Source of the DNA: a bacterium
GTDB taxonomy: Bacteria > Patescibacteriota > Minisyncoccia > Phycocordibacterales > GWA1-40-21
Direction: 5' to 3'
Assembly: GCA_037147155.1 (NCBI GenBank)
Contig: JBAWVR010000001.1
Location: 1 to 58,842 of the forward strand
DNA length: 58,842 bases
The position numbers and the translations under genes were made by a program. The notes under the pieces were generated by a model, which had not been told where the DNA came from, made no database searches, and worked only from the letters and a program-made list of their open reading frames with translations. Below, piece by piece: positions 1-7,985 of this stretch. Position 1 is the first letter of the stretch. Every line of letters begins with the position of its first letter.

Positions 1-442
1 TCATTATCCTTCGCAACAAATCTACTCTATCGGTTATTTTGAAAGAAGAAATTATTTTGATATATCTGATTGGTATCTCTTCATCACCACCGTCAATATA
101 TTGACAGAGCTTAGAAAACATATCGTTCAACATTTTAAGGTAATTTTCCCCAGAGATAAACTTCATACAATACAAACCCTTTAGAGAAGTGTTTTTGTCT
201 GGGCTTTCCATGGCTTCCATTATCAAAGCTACCTTTTCCGCTTCTGGCAGAGTTTTTATTTTTGTTTCTAGATAGTCAGGACTTTTTTCAATTAGTTTAG
301 TGATAGCAGCATCTTGTTCTTTGTCTTTTTCATATCTTCTAAAAGATCTCTCGCTAACTGGTGCTGTACCAGAAATATCATACATACCGGAATGCTCTGG
401 TTGTCTCATTACAGTATCAAGTCCTTGTTTTATTCCTTCCAT
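1..442 (-). CDS. hypothetical protein, C-terminus beyond window edge
   Basis: Absent from the ORF track because there is no stop inside the window. On the minus strand an ATG at 442-440 follows an in-frame TAG, and the frame stays open to position 1 (MEGIKQGLDTVMRQPEHSGMYDISG...). No family recognised. Confidence 0.35.
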   Translation of the reverse strand, partial: MEGIKQGLDTVMRQPEHSGMYDISGTAPVSERSFRRYEKDKEQDAAITKLIEKSPDYLETKIKTLPEAEKVALIMEAMESPDKNTSLKGLYCMKFISGENYLKMLNDMFSKLCQYIDGGDEEIPIRYIKIISSFKITDRVDLLRRIM

Positions 443-473
443 TTTTATTTCGTTAAATTTAAAAACTTTTTAT

Positions 474-1313
474 CTAGGCCATATATAATTCCTGCCCATA
501 CTCTCCATTACCCAAAAACTTGGCCTCGCCTTTGATTATCTTCTCATACGGTCGACAAGCAAAACATCCTTGCTCACCCTTGGGACATTGGAAAGCTTTT
601 ATTTTTCTAGCATCGGATACCTGCTTGGCTACCTTATAGACTTTATCAAAAGACTCTTTGATGTCTGGTAATTTCTTTTCAATAAATTCCCCTGATTCCA
701 AATACCAATAGGCCGCGCCCGCCACTTTGCGTTTTTGTAATTTATCCAAAAGCAATTGGTAGATTGGCAACTGCAAAGAATCTCCGCTTTCTTCATGTTT
801 ACCAGTTTTAAAATCAATCACTTTGACCATATCAGTCTCTGGAATATATTCGAGCCAGTCAATCTTGCCACAGAGAATAATATTGTCATCTTCAGACAAG
901 TAAAAATTTGGTGGCATATCATTGTGAGCATTGGGAATTTTAATCGCCTTGGAAGTGAGGAACTTCGGATCCTTCATCACATTTCCCAACATTTTTTTAC
1001 CGCGTTCTTTCATCTCACATTCTTCTTCTGAAGTACAAAAACCGCCACGTTCACCTGTAATTTTAGCCCAAGCTTCATCATACTGTTTAAGCAATGGTTG
1101 CTTCATGCGATCCTCAGCTTTGTAATTAATCAAACCTTCCAAGACTTCGTGCACGGCGGTACCCAAAGACATGGCCGGCGACACCAAACTCACTTTCTTA
1201 CCAGTCTTGGGATTTTTATAAATATTGTGCAAATAATAACATCGTGGGCATTTCAAAAAATCCCCCATTGATGAGTGTGATACCCAAACTGCTGTATATT
1301 TATCAATAGCCAT
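474..1313 (-). CDS. PD-(D/E)XK nuclease, Cas4/RecB-like with Fe-S type cysteines
   Basis: 279-aa ORF. Motifs: GKIDWLE ... VKVIDFKTGK (D...D/ExK), QLPIYQ (QxxxY), an N-terminal CPRC and a C-terminal CPKGEQGCFAC. No CRISPR array or other cas genes in the window. Confidence 0.6.
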   Translation of the reverse strand: MAIDKYTAVWVSHSSMGDFLKCPRCYYLHNIYKNPKTGKKVSLVSPAMSLGTAVHEVLEGLINYKAEDRMKQPLLKQYDEAWAKITGERGGFCTSEEECEMKERGKKMLGNVMKDPKFLTSKAIKIPNAHNDMPPNFYLSEDDNIILCGKIDWLEYIPETDMVKVIDFKTGKHEESGDSLQLPIYQLLLDKLQKRKVAGAAYWYLESGEFIEKKLPDIKESFDKVYKVAKQVSDARKIKAFQCPKGEQGCFACRPYEKIIKGEAKFLGNGEYGQELYMA

Positions 1314-2008
1314 TATTTATTTAAGTTCTTACGTCTGCGAATAAAATACCAAACTAAACCAATTACTAGCAAGACAATCACTAGGAGTCCAATCAAAGAA
1401 TACAACAAGTACTTGCCGATTATACCAGCAAAGACACTAAAGAACGAAGTGCCGAAGAAACCCATTTTGAGTGATGGCAAAGCAAATAAGGTTTTTACTG
1501 CTTCTTTGAAAGGAAAAGCTTCAGTCTTGCCAGTGACTAGAACATACTTACCAACATTATCTTTGGCAGTGACCGTAATCAAATAATCTCCAGCCGGTAA
1601 TTTTTTTTCTAAACTTGGTCCTTGATAATAATTGTCTCCAGCATAATCTTCGTAATATTTTTTCCAAGTAAATTTCTGACCGTTTAGTGACATCTTAATA
1701 TCACTGTCTGGTGAATTTAATTTTATTACTTGAGCCGAAACTTCCTTGGCCGCCTCGGTATTGTCTGGAGTCAAAAGACTTAGATACAGATTCTGTTCGG
1801 CTGGTAGAGTAACTTTATAATATTCCGCCTTAGCCTCTTTAAACTGACCATAGAAAGCTTGGGAAATATCTGGAGTTTGAATAACAAAAGGAATATCTAT
1901 GGTGCTAACTGCCTTATATACCAATCTTGGTTGATGAGCCGAAGCCACATTTACAAACATTAATGATAAAGCCAAAAAGCCCAAACTAAATAATATTTTG
2001 TTTTTCAT
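1313..2008 (-). CDS. hypothetical secreted, C-terminally membrane-anchored protein
   Basis: 231-aa ORF with a signal-peptide-like N-terminus (FLALSLMFVNVASA), a C-terminal TM helix and an RRRK tail. Confidence 0.5.
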   Translation of the reverse strand: MKNKILFSLGFLALSLMFVNVASAHQPRLVYKAVSTIDIPFVIQTPDISQAFYGQFKEAKAEYYKVTLPAEQNLYLSLLTPDNTEAAKEVSAQVIKLNSPDSDIKMSLNGQKFTWKKYYEDYAGDNYYQGPSLEKKLPAGDYLITVTAKDNVGKYVLVTGKTEAFPFKEAVKTLFALPSLKMGFFGTSFFSVFAGIIGKYLLYSLIGLLVIVLLVIGLVWYFIRRRKNLNK

Positions 2009-2037
2009 AGCCCCTTAATTATAGCAAAAAACCTCAA

Positions 2038-2066
2038 TTGACACACCCAACCTAATAGACTATGAT
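2038..2066 (+). promoter_or_regulatory. sigma70-type promoter for the thrS leader
   Basis: TTGACA (2038-2043), 17-nt spacer, TATGAT (2061-2066). Confidence 0.5.
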
Positions 2067-2072
2067 TATAAG

Positions 2073-2240
2073 TACTGGAGATTGTGGTGCCTACCAAACA
2101 CCATTCTGTCACAAGAACCCATTTTAGGGCTAATCTAGACTAATGAGAGTCCATCATCTGATGGAAAGCTAGGTGGAACCGCGGTTCGCCCGCCCTGGCA
2201 AAAATACAAGTTTTGTATTTTTGCCAGGGCGTTTTATTTT
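2073..2240 (+). promoter_or_regulatory. T-box leader (Thr) with intrinsic terminator
   Basis: T-box sequence AGGTGGAACCGCGG at 2171-2184 lies directly 5' of a 17-bp terminator helix (2193-2209 / 2213-2229) plus a T-run. ACC/ACA triplets at about 2093-2102 are candidate specifiers. The element sits directly upstream of thrS. Confidence 0.75.
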
Positions 2241-2258
2241 ATTAAAATAATTTATTTT

Positions 2259-4001
2259 ATGAACGAAGAACAATTACACAAAGCGCGACACTCTATCGCC
2301 CACCTCATGGCGGGGGCAATTCAAGAGCTTTATCCCGATGCCAAAAACACTATCGGTCCAGCGATTGATAATGGTTTTTATTATGACTACGATTTTGCTA
2401 CCCCCATCTCCGACAAGGATCTAAACAAGATTGAAAACAAAATGCGTGAGCTTTCCAAGAAATGGGACACCTTTGAACAAAAGTTTGTTACCCCAGCCGA
2501 AGCCCGTGAAATGTTTAAGGACAATCCTTACAAACTAGAATTGATTGATGGTATTGAAAAAGATGGTCAGCAGGTTTCGATCTATACTTCTGGTAGTTTC
2601 TTCGACCTCTGCTCTGGACCCCATGTGGCCAACATGAAAGAAATTGATTTGGGCGGATTCAAACTTTTGAAACTCGCTGGTGCTTATTGGCGCGGTGATG
2701 AGAAGAATAAAATGCTTACTCGTATTTATGGTTTGGCTTTTGAAAATAAAGCAAAACTTGAAGAATATTTAACTCAACTCTCCGAGGCAGAAAAACGTGA
2801 CCACCGCAAACTGGGTAAAGAAATGGGTCTGTTTATCTTCTCTGATTTGATTGGTCCTGGTCTACCAATTTACACTTTCAAGGGTAATGCCATCCGCAAA
2901 GAGATCATGAAGTATTCTAACGAACTTCAAAGTGCGATTGGTTTCCAAGAAGTTCATACACCAAACATGAATAAGGCCGAACTCTTCAAAGTATCTGGTC
3001 ACTATGAAAAGTATAAGGAAGATATGATGAAAGTGGTTTCCAATTATTCTAAAGAAGAATACTTCTTGAAACCAATGAACTGTCCACAACACACACAGGT
3101 GTACGCCGCAGAAAAAAGAAGTTACCGCGACTTACCGATTCGCATTGCCGACTTTGCCAACCTCTATCGTGATGAAAGACCAGGTGAACTGAACGGTCTA
3201 ACTCGCCTACGCTGTTTCTGTCAGGATGATGGTCACGCTTTCTGTCGTGAAGACCAAATTAAACAAGAATTTAATAACGTTTTGAGTGCCGTCAACAAAG
3301 CTTTGACTACTTACAAAATGAGCTATGTGGTTCGTCTCTCGCTCTGGGACTCAACCAAACCTGAAAAATATTTAGGTGACAAAGAAGTTTGGGAGAAAGC
3401 CCAAAAACTTTTGGAAGAAATTTTGATTGAGAGCAAAGTGGAATATGTAGTCGGTGTTGGCGAAGCGGCTATTTATGGACCAAAGATGGACTTTATTTCG
3501 ACCGATGCTCTAGGACGCAAATGGCAGATTTCTACCATTCAACTAGACCTGATTATGCCGGTTCGCTTTGGTTTAACTTACACTGATAGTGACGGTAAAG
3601 AAAAAACTCCAATCATGATTCACCGTGCTCTTATCGGTTCACCGGAGAGATTTATGGGAATTCTAATTGAGCACTACGCCGGCAACTTCCCTGTTTGGCT
3701 CTCACCAATGCAGGTCAAAATTATTCCTGTTCGTGAAAATCACAATGAGTTTGCCAAGAAAATTTCTGATCAATTAAAATCACTTGATGTTCGGGTGGAT
3801 TTTGATGACCGTGATGAAGGTATGGGTAAAAAAATCCGCGCCGGTAAAAACGAGCGCGTGCCATACATGATTGTTATTGGTGATAAAGAAATGGCAGAAA
3901 ATATTCTCACTATTGAAAGCCGTGATACTGGTGCCCAAGAAAAGATGTCAACTGAACAGTTTGTAGAAAAAATTACCAAAGAAATCAAGTATCGAGTTTA
4001 G
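2259..4001 (+). CDS. thrS: threonyl-tRNA synthetase, short form without N-terminal TGS domain
   Basis: 580-aa ORF starting at the editing-domain HxxxH region (HSIAHLMAGA). Class II core and anticodon-binding domain are present (FLKPMNCPQH, RLRCFCQDDGH, IHRALIGSPERF). Confidence 0.95.
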   Translation: MNEEQLHKARHSIAHLMAGAIQELYPDAKNTIGPAIDNGFYYDYDFATPISDKDLNKIENKMRELSKKWDTFEQKFVTPAEAREMFKDNPYKLELIDGIEKDGQQVSIYTSGSFFDLCSGPHVANMKEIDLGGFKLLKLAGAYWRGDEKNKMLTRIYGLAFENKAKLEEYLTQLSEAEKRDHRKLGKEMGLFIFSDLIGPGLPIYTFKGNAIRKEIMKYSNELQSAIGFQEVHTPNMNKAELFKVSGHYEKYKEDMMKVVSNYSKEEYFLKPMNCPQHTQVYAAEKRSYRDLPIRIADFANLYRDERPGELNGLTRLRCFCQDDGHAFCREDQIKQEFNNVLSAVNKALTTYKMSYVVRLSLWDSTKPEKYLGDKEVWEKAQKLLEEILIESKVEYVVGVGEAAIYGPKMDFISTDALGRKWQISTIQLDLIMPVRFGLTYTDSDGKEKTPIMIHRALIGSPERFMGILIEHYAGNFPVWLSPMQVKIIPVRENHNEFAKKISDQLKSLDVRVDFDDRDEGMGKKIRAGKNERVPYMIVIGDKEMAENILTIESRDTGAQEKMSTEQFVEKITKEIKYRV

Positions 4002-4015
4002 TAGATAAAAGTTTA

Positions 4016-4054
4016 GGCCAGTGAGGAAATTCCTCACTGGCCTTTTGGTTTTTT
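4016..4054. terminator. rho-independent terminator between convergent genes
   Basis: GGCCAGTGAGGA-aat-TCCTCACTGGCC hairpin followed by TTTTGGTTTTTT. Confidence 0.7.
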
Positions 4055-4057
4055 GAT

Positions 4058-4441
4058 CTAAGCACTATGCTTTGACTGACTTTTCTTTTTTGACTTGTTT
4101 TTTGATTTTGCATCAGAACCGAAGAAGTCCAGATTAGCGTCTGGATCAGACAGAGCATCTTCAGCCACTTTTGGTGGCGGTAGCTCCATCCGATTAGTCA
4201 TCACCTGAAGCCAACAGCAGCCAAAACCCTTTATATAATAACGACAGGTCTCGGCATACTTATCGCAGTTTTGCTTCAGCGAATATTGCCTGGTGATTAT
4301 TCCTCTCTTGATTCTTTGATTATGTGGACTACACCGAGCAATTGGTATATCCATACTCACGATCAGTTTGCTACCTTCGCCAATATTGCGATGATCTACA
4401 CCTTTATTGGCCCCAGCACAAGAAGAAAATCGCGAACCCAT
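4058..4441 (-). CDS. small Cys-rich protein, paralog 1, Lys-rich tail
   Basis: 127-aa ORF with AAGGAG 6-7 nt upstream of the ATG. Cys at 8, 37, 59, 66, 75 and 76, ending in the pattern C-x6-C-x8-GC shared with the two upstream ORFs. Confidence 0.5.
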   Translation of the reverse strand: MGSRFSSCAGANKGVDHRNIGEGSKLIVSMDIPIARCSPHNQRIKRGIITRQYSLKQNCDKYAETCRYYIKGFGCCWLQVMTNRMELPPPKVAEDALSDPDANLDFFGSDAKSKNKSKKKSQSKHSA

Positions 4442-4457
4442 GAATTATCTCCTTACT

Positions 4458-4745
4458 CTATTTTTTACTTTTTGCTCTAGTACTTTCGACTGGATCATAG
4501 TTCGTACCATGAGCACAGCCAAAAGTTAAAATAAAGTGCGGACAGCCACCAACTTTTTCAGCCTCTACACAAGCCGTTTTATTCGGCAGATCTTTGTCGA
4601 TCTTTGGCAGGATACTGATTTTTGGATTTATCGGACACGTGACTGTTCGCTTGGGCTGACCCATAAAACGGCGACTGGCGTCATTGCATCCAATATCAGT
4701 TGTGTCTGGACCGGAATTTATCTGTCTGTTTGAATAACGTGGCAT
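4458..4745 (-). CDS. small Cys-rich protein, paralog 2
   Basis: 95-aa ORF. An AGGAAAGGAAG SD lies inside the end of the upstream ORF, with a 1-nt gap to its TGA. Cys at 20, 37, 59, 68, 77 (C-x8-C-x8-GC). Confidence 0.5.
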   Translation of the reverse strand: MPRYSNRQINSGPDTTDIGCNDASRRFMGQPKRTVTCPINPKISILPKIDKDLPNKTACVEAEKVGGCPHFILTFGCAHGTNYDPVESTRAKSKK

Positions 4746-4746
4746 A

Positions 4747-4998
4747 TCACTTCCTTTCCTCTACGGTTTTGTTATCGAGAAAGACAACACCATCATCAGG
4801 GACTGCTCTCTTTTTAAGTTCCTTGTTAAAGAAAGCGCAACCATCGTCGGTAAAATACTCACAGTCGTTCTCCCGACCCCAGGCACAATCATCTTTCTTG
4901 ATGATGTATTCCGCCTTGTTGTGTCTGGCGTAGACTCGACAAGGTTGGCCTTTGATACACCAAACTGTGGCACTGGATGGTCTAACTTGACCTGACAT
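4747..4998 (-). CDS. small Cys-rich protein, paralog 3
   Basis: The track ORF runs 4747-5076. The internal ATG at 4998 is preceded by AAGGAG and gives 83 aa (MSGQVRPSS...). Cys pattern C-x5-C-x17-C-x7-C-x7-GC. Confidence 0.45.
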   Translation of the reverse strand: MSGQVRPSSATVWCIKGQPCRVYARHNKAEYIIKKDDCAWGRENDCEYFTDDGCAFFNKELKKRAVPDDGVVFLDNKTVEERK

Positions 4999-5126
4999 AA
5001 ACACTCCTTCTGTTAAGATGTATAAGTTCAATTCTGATAACAGCATACCACGCAAAGTGGAAAAAGTAAATAGCACACCGTGAGGTGTGCTATTTACGTT
5101 TTTAAATCGTTGCTTTGGCCAAAATA

Positions 5127-7076
5127 TTATGCGATATTTTGGTTTTTGCGGTCTTCTTGTTCACGACGATCGCGAGCGATAATCAAATAGAGCAAGAAGC
5201 CAAGTAGAATGATACCGACAATGAGAAGGAAGAGAATCAAACCACCAGTCCAACCGCTAAACAAAGCGGAAGCAGCCTGAGAGCTTGAAATATCTCCGAT
5301 AGTTACATTACCACAAACCTTGGTATTAACTTGATCTCCTGATTTAACAGTAAGAACAGCAACTTTGTTGCCATCGTTGTAATATGACTTGGCAATATAA
5401 TTTGTATCGCCAGTTAGACCATCAGAACCTTCCCAAGAATATGTATACTTACCTGTACCACCAAGAGCGTTGGACACCCAAACTACAGTATCGTTGGCAG
5501 CAGCAGCTCTAGTGTTTGGACTACAACTTACTACCAATTCAGTAGCCTTGGTCGTGGTCTTGGTTACGGTAACTACTGGAGGATAATCACCACCGGTAGT
5601 ATCAACAGTACTATTTGTTACAGTAATCGGACGAGTCGAGATAGATACAGTGTTACCACAAGTTCTAGTTATACTCTGACCATTTGATCCAACTGAAACA
5701 GAAGCGGTCTTCAAACCAGCATTCCAATATGTTTTGGATACAACGGCTGTATTACCAACTAGACTATCATCTCCGTTCCAATAATAAGTATAGGAACCAT
5801 TTCCACCAGAAGCCACAGCTGTCCAAGTTACTGTATTACCAGACAAACCTGAACCTATATTGGCAGTACAAGATACTGACAATGGGGAAACGTAATTGTA
5901 ACCACTGCTGTAATAATTGTTATTATTGTAGTTACTTCCATAGGAATATGGATCGAAAGAATAGGTATAAGGATAGGTGTAGTTGTTGTTATTATAATTA
6001 CTGTAATTGTTGTTGTAATTACTGTCATAAATACTAACACCATTATCACAGGTACGACTTACAGTTTGACCATTTGAGTAAACGGTCAAAGAAGCAGTTT
6101 TTAAACCAGTGTTCCAATAATTTTTAGTGATGGAAGATTGTGAACCCCACAAACCATCGGTACCACTCCAAGAATAAGTATAGGCACCATTACCACCAGA
6201 AACATTGGCTGACCAATAGATTGAGTCGCCATATCTAGCGGTCGTATTGTTTGGGTAACAACTTACAACAAGATTTGAATTATTATTGTTGTTATTATAA
6301 TCATTTACGCTAACATTTGTATCACAAGTAATAGTTCTAACTTGAGAACCAGATGTAACTGTAACATTAGCAGACTTAGTACCACTATAACTATAAGTTT
6401 TCGAAATTATACTTCCACTACCAGACAAGCTATCCGAACCGTTCCAGGAATATGAATAACTACCTGTACCACCAGAAACACTGGCGATCCAGCTAACAGA
6501 ACCACCTGTATTTACTGAGGTAGCATTTGCATAACAAGATCCAGAAATTGCTGTGGTTGTATCAATAGCAGAGTTAACTTGCACATGACTACCACAGACA
6601 ATAGTCTTTGTAAGACTTCCAGAGGTTACTGTTACTTGAGCAGTCTTAACACCAGTGGTGTTGTATATTTTAAAAACTGACTGGCTATTTCCATACAAAC
6701 TATCTGTACCTACCCAGGAATAAGAATAACTACCAGTACCACCATAAATGGAAGCGTACCAAGTAGCACTACCACCAACTGTCAAAGATCCTGCGTTGGT
6801 GTAACAAGTACCAGAAATTGGAGTAGTGGTCTGAGTAGCCGCTACAGGAGCTGGGTCATCATCACAATAGGCATGATCAATAGCACAACGAAAAGAATCG
6901 TCGGCATCAGACCAAAAGCTAGCAGAAGCTTTTTCAGTTGGAACAACCACCATAACGGTAGTCAAAACCAAAGTCAAAACCACAGCCGGCATCAGACTAT
7001 TTATTTTTTTGATAAAATTTTGCATATTTTTTTTACGATTTAAAAACCCTCGCGTTTGGGAGCGATTATTCGCCAT
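5127..7076 (-). CDS. surface protein with six PKD-like repeats, Asn/Tyr-rich linkers and a C-terminal TM anchor
   Basis: 649-aa ORF with a signal/TM N-terminus. The unit C..N....GG.V.W.A.V.GG.G.Y.YSW.G.D.L.G......K.Y...G.K.A.V.V.S......C (about 85 aa) recurs six times. NNNNN/YNNN linkers separate the repeats. Confidence 0.7.
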   Translation of the reverse strand: MANNRSQTRGFLNRKKNMQNFIKKINSLMPAVVLTLVLTTVMVVVPTEKASASFWSDADDSFRCAIDHAYCDDDPAPVAATQTTTPISGTCYTNAGSLTVGGSATWYASIYGGTGSYSYSWVGTDSLYGNSQSVFKIYNTTGVKTAQVTVTSGSLTKTIVCGSHVQVNSAIDTTTAISGSCYANATSVNTGGSVSWIASVSGGTGSYSYSWNGSDSLSGSGSIISKTYSYSGTKSANVTVTSGSQVRTITCDTNVSVNDYNNNNNNSNLVVSCYPNNTTARYGDSIYWSANVSGGNGAYTYSWSGTDGLWGSQSSITKNYWNTGLKTASLTVYSNGQTVSRTCDNGVSIYDSNYNNNYSNYNNNNYTYPYTYSFDPYSYGSNYNNNNYYSSGYNYVSPLSVSCTANIGSGLSGNTVTWTAVASGGNGSYTYYWNGDDSLVGNTAVVSKTYWNAGLKTASVSVGSNGQSITRTCGNTVSISTRPITVTNSTVDTTGGDYPPVVTVTKTTTKATELVVSCSPNTRAAAANDTVVWVSNALGGTGKYTYSWEGSDGLTGDTNYIAKSYYNDGNKVAVLTVKSGDQVNTKVCGNVTIGDISSSQAASALFSGWTGGLILFLLIVGIILLGFLLYLIIARDRREQEDRKNQNIA

Positions 7077-7115
7077 TAATATATTAAGATAGACCCAACT
7101 GAGGATTCTTTATTA

Positions 7116-7144
7116 ATACTATCATGAATAGGGGTAAAAGTCAA
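7116..7144 (-). promoter_or_regulatory. sigma70-type promoter for the 5127-7076 surface protein gene
   Basis: Minus strand: TTGACT (7144-7139), 17 nt, TAGTAT (7121-7116). Confidence 0.45.
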
Positions 7145-7178
7145 GCCACACAAGCCGAAACCTGTCAAATCTCCCCAA

Positions 7179-7216
7179 AACCAAGGTCGGTCCTTGGTCT
7201 GACCTTATTTTAAGCC
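7179..7216. repeat. partial copy of the AACCAAGGTCGGTCCTTGGT hairpin unit
   Basis: AACCAAGGTCGGTCCTTGGT plus CTGACCTTATTTTAAGCC resembles the left arm and core of the units at 18444-18506 and 24450-24511. Confidence 0.6.
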
Positions 7217-7264
7217 ATATTTCTGAAAGTTGAGGGTTTTGAAGATAGTCATAAGCCCAGACTA

Positions 7265-7300
7265 ATAAGCCCCCGAAACCAGAGGTTTCGGGGGCTTATT
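7265..7300 (-). terminator. rho-independent terminator after gyrB
   Basis: AATAAGCCCCCGAAACC / GGTTTCGGGGGCTTATT hairpin directly after the gyrB stop. Confidence 0.7.
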
Positions 7301-7310
7301 TACTTAATAC

Positions 7311-7985
7311 TTAAATATCCAATCTCGCGTATTTAGCATTACTCTGAATGAAGTTCTTTCTCGATGGTACATCAGTACCCATGAGCATGTCGAAGATTTT
7401 GTCAGCATCAGCAGCGTCTTCAATATTCACTTGTTTCAAAAGTCTCTTAGCTGGATCCATGGTTGTCTCCCACAATTCTTCAGAGTTCATTTCTCCAAGA
7501 CCTTTATAACGCTGAACATGAATTTTTTCTTTTCTCACTACCTTATCATCTTTCTTGCCTTTGGAAGTTTTTTCTTCTGCTCCGATAGTCAGCTGCTCTG
7601 GAACTTCAATCACTATCTCTTCCCCACTCTCCTCATCCATCGGAATATCATCACCAAACATTTTCTTCTTTTCTTCTTCGGTGTAGAAATACATAATCTC
7701 TTTACCACGTTTTACTTTGTATAGTGGTGGTTGAGCAATATAAATATATCCTCCTTCTACCAATGGTCTAAAGTAGCGATAGAATAAAGTCAGAAGCAAA
7801 GTACGAATGTGTGCACCGTCCACGTCGGCATCTGTTGCGATAATCACTTTGTAGTAACGCAATTTTTCCAAATCAAAACTATCACCAATACTAGTACCAA
7901 GTGCCACCACTAAGTTCTTGATTTGTTCAGAAGCCAACATCTTGTCCAAGCGAGCACGTTCAATGTTTAGAATCTTTCCACGCAA
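7311..7985 (-). CDS. gyrB: DNA gyrase subunit B, C-terminal part (Toprim/tail), out of frame with the N-terminal part
   Basis: 224-aa ORF beginning (L)RGKILNIERAR, the continuation of the conserved QAILPLRGKILN motif. Ends ...GLGEMN...RLDI. Confidence 0.85.
   Translation of the reverse strand: MRGKILNIERARLDKMLASEQIKNLVVALGTSIGDSFDLEKLRYYKVIIATDADVDGAHIRTLLLTLFYRYFRPLVEGGYIYIAQPPLYKVKRGKEIMYFYTEEEKKKMFGDDIPMDEESGEEIVIEVPEQLTIGAEEKTSKGKKDDKVVRKEKIHVQRYKGLGEMNSEELWETTMDPAKRLLKQVNIEDAADADKIFDMLMGTDVPSRKNFIQSNAKYARLDI

Noticed and set aside
5684-6049. ORFs antisense or out of frame within the PKD-repeat surface gene (117 aa, 64 aa)
   Set aside because: They are products of the Asn/Tyr codon low-complexity region read in other frames.
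7967-7985. Programmed -1 frameshift or intein in gyrB
   Set aside because: There is no slippery heptamer or downstream structure and no extra sequence between the two halves. A single missing base in a short A/T run restores the universally conserved ILPLRGKILN motif, so an indel (error or mutation) is the simpler explanation.
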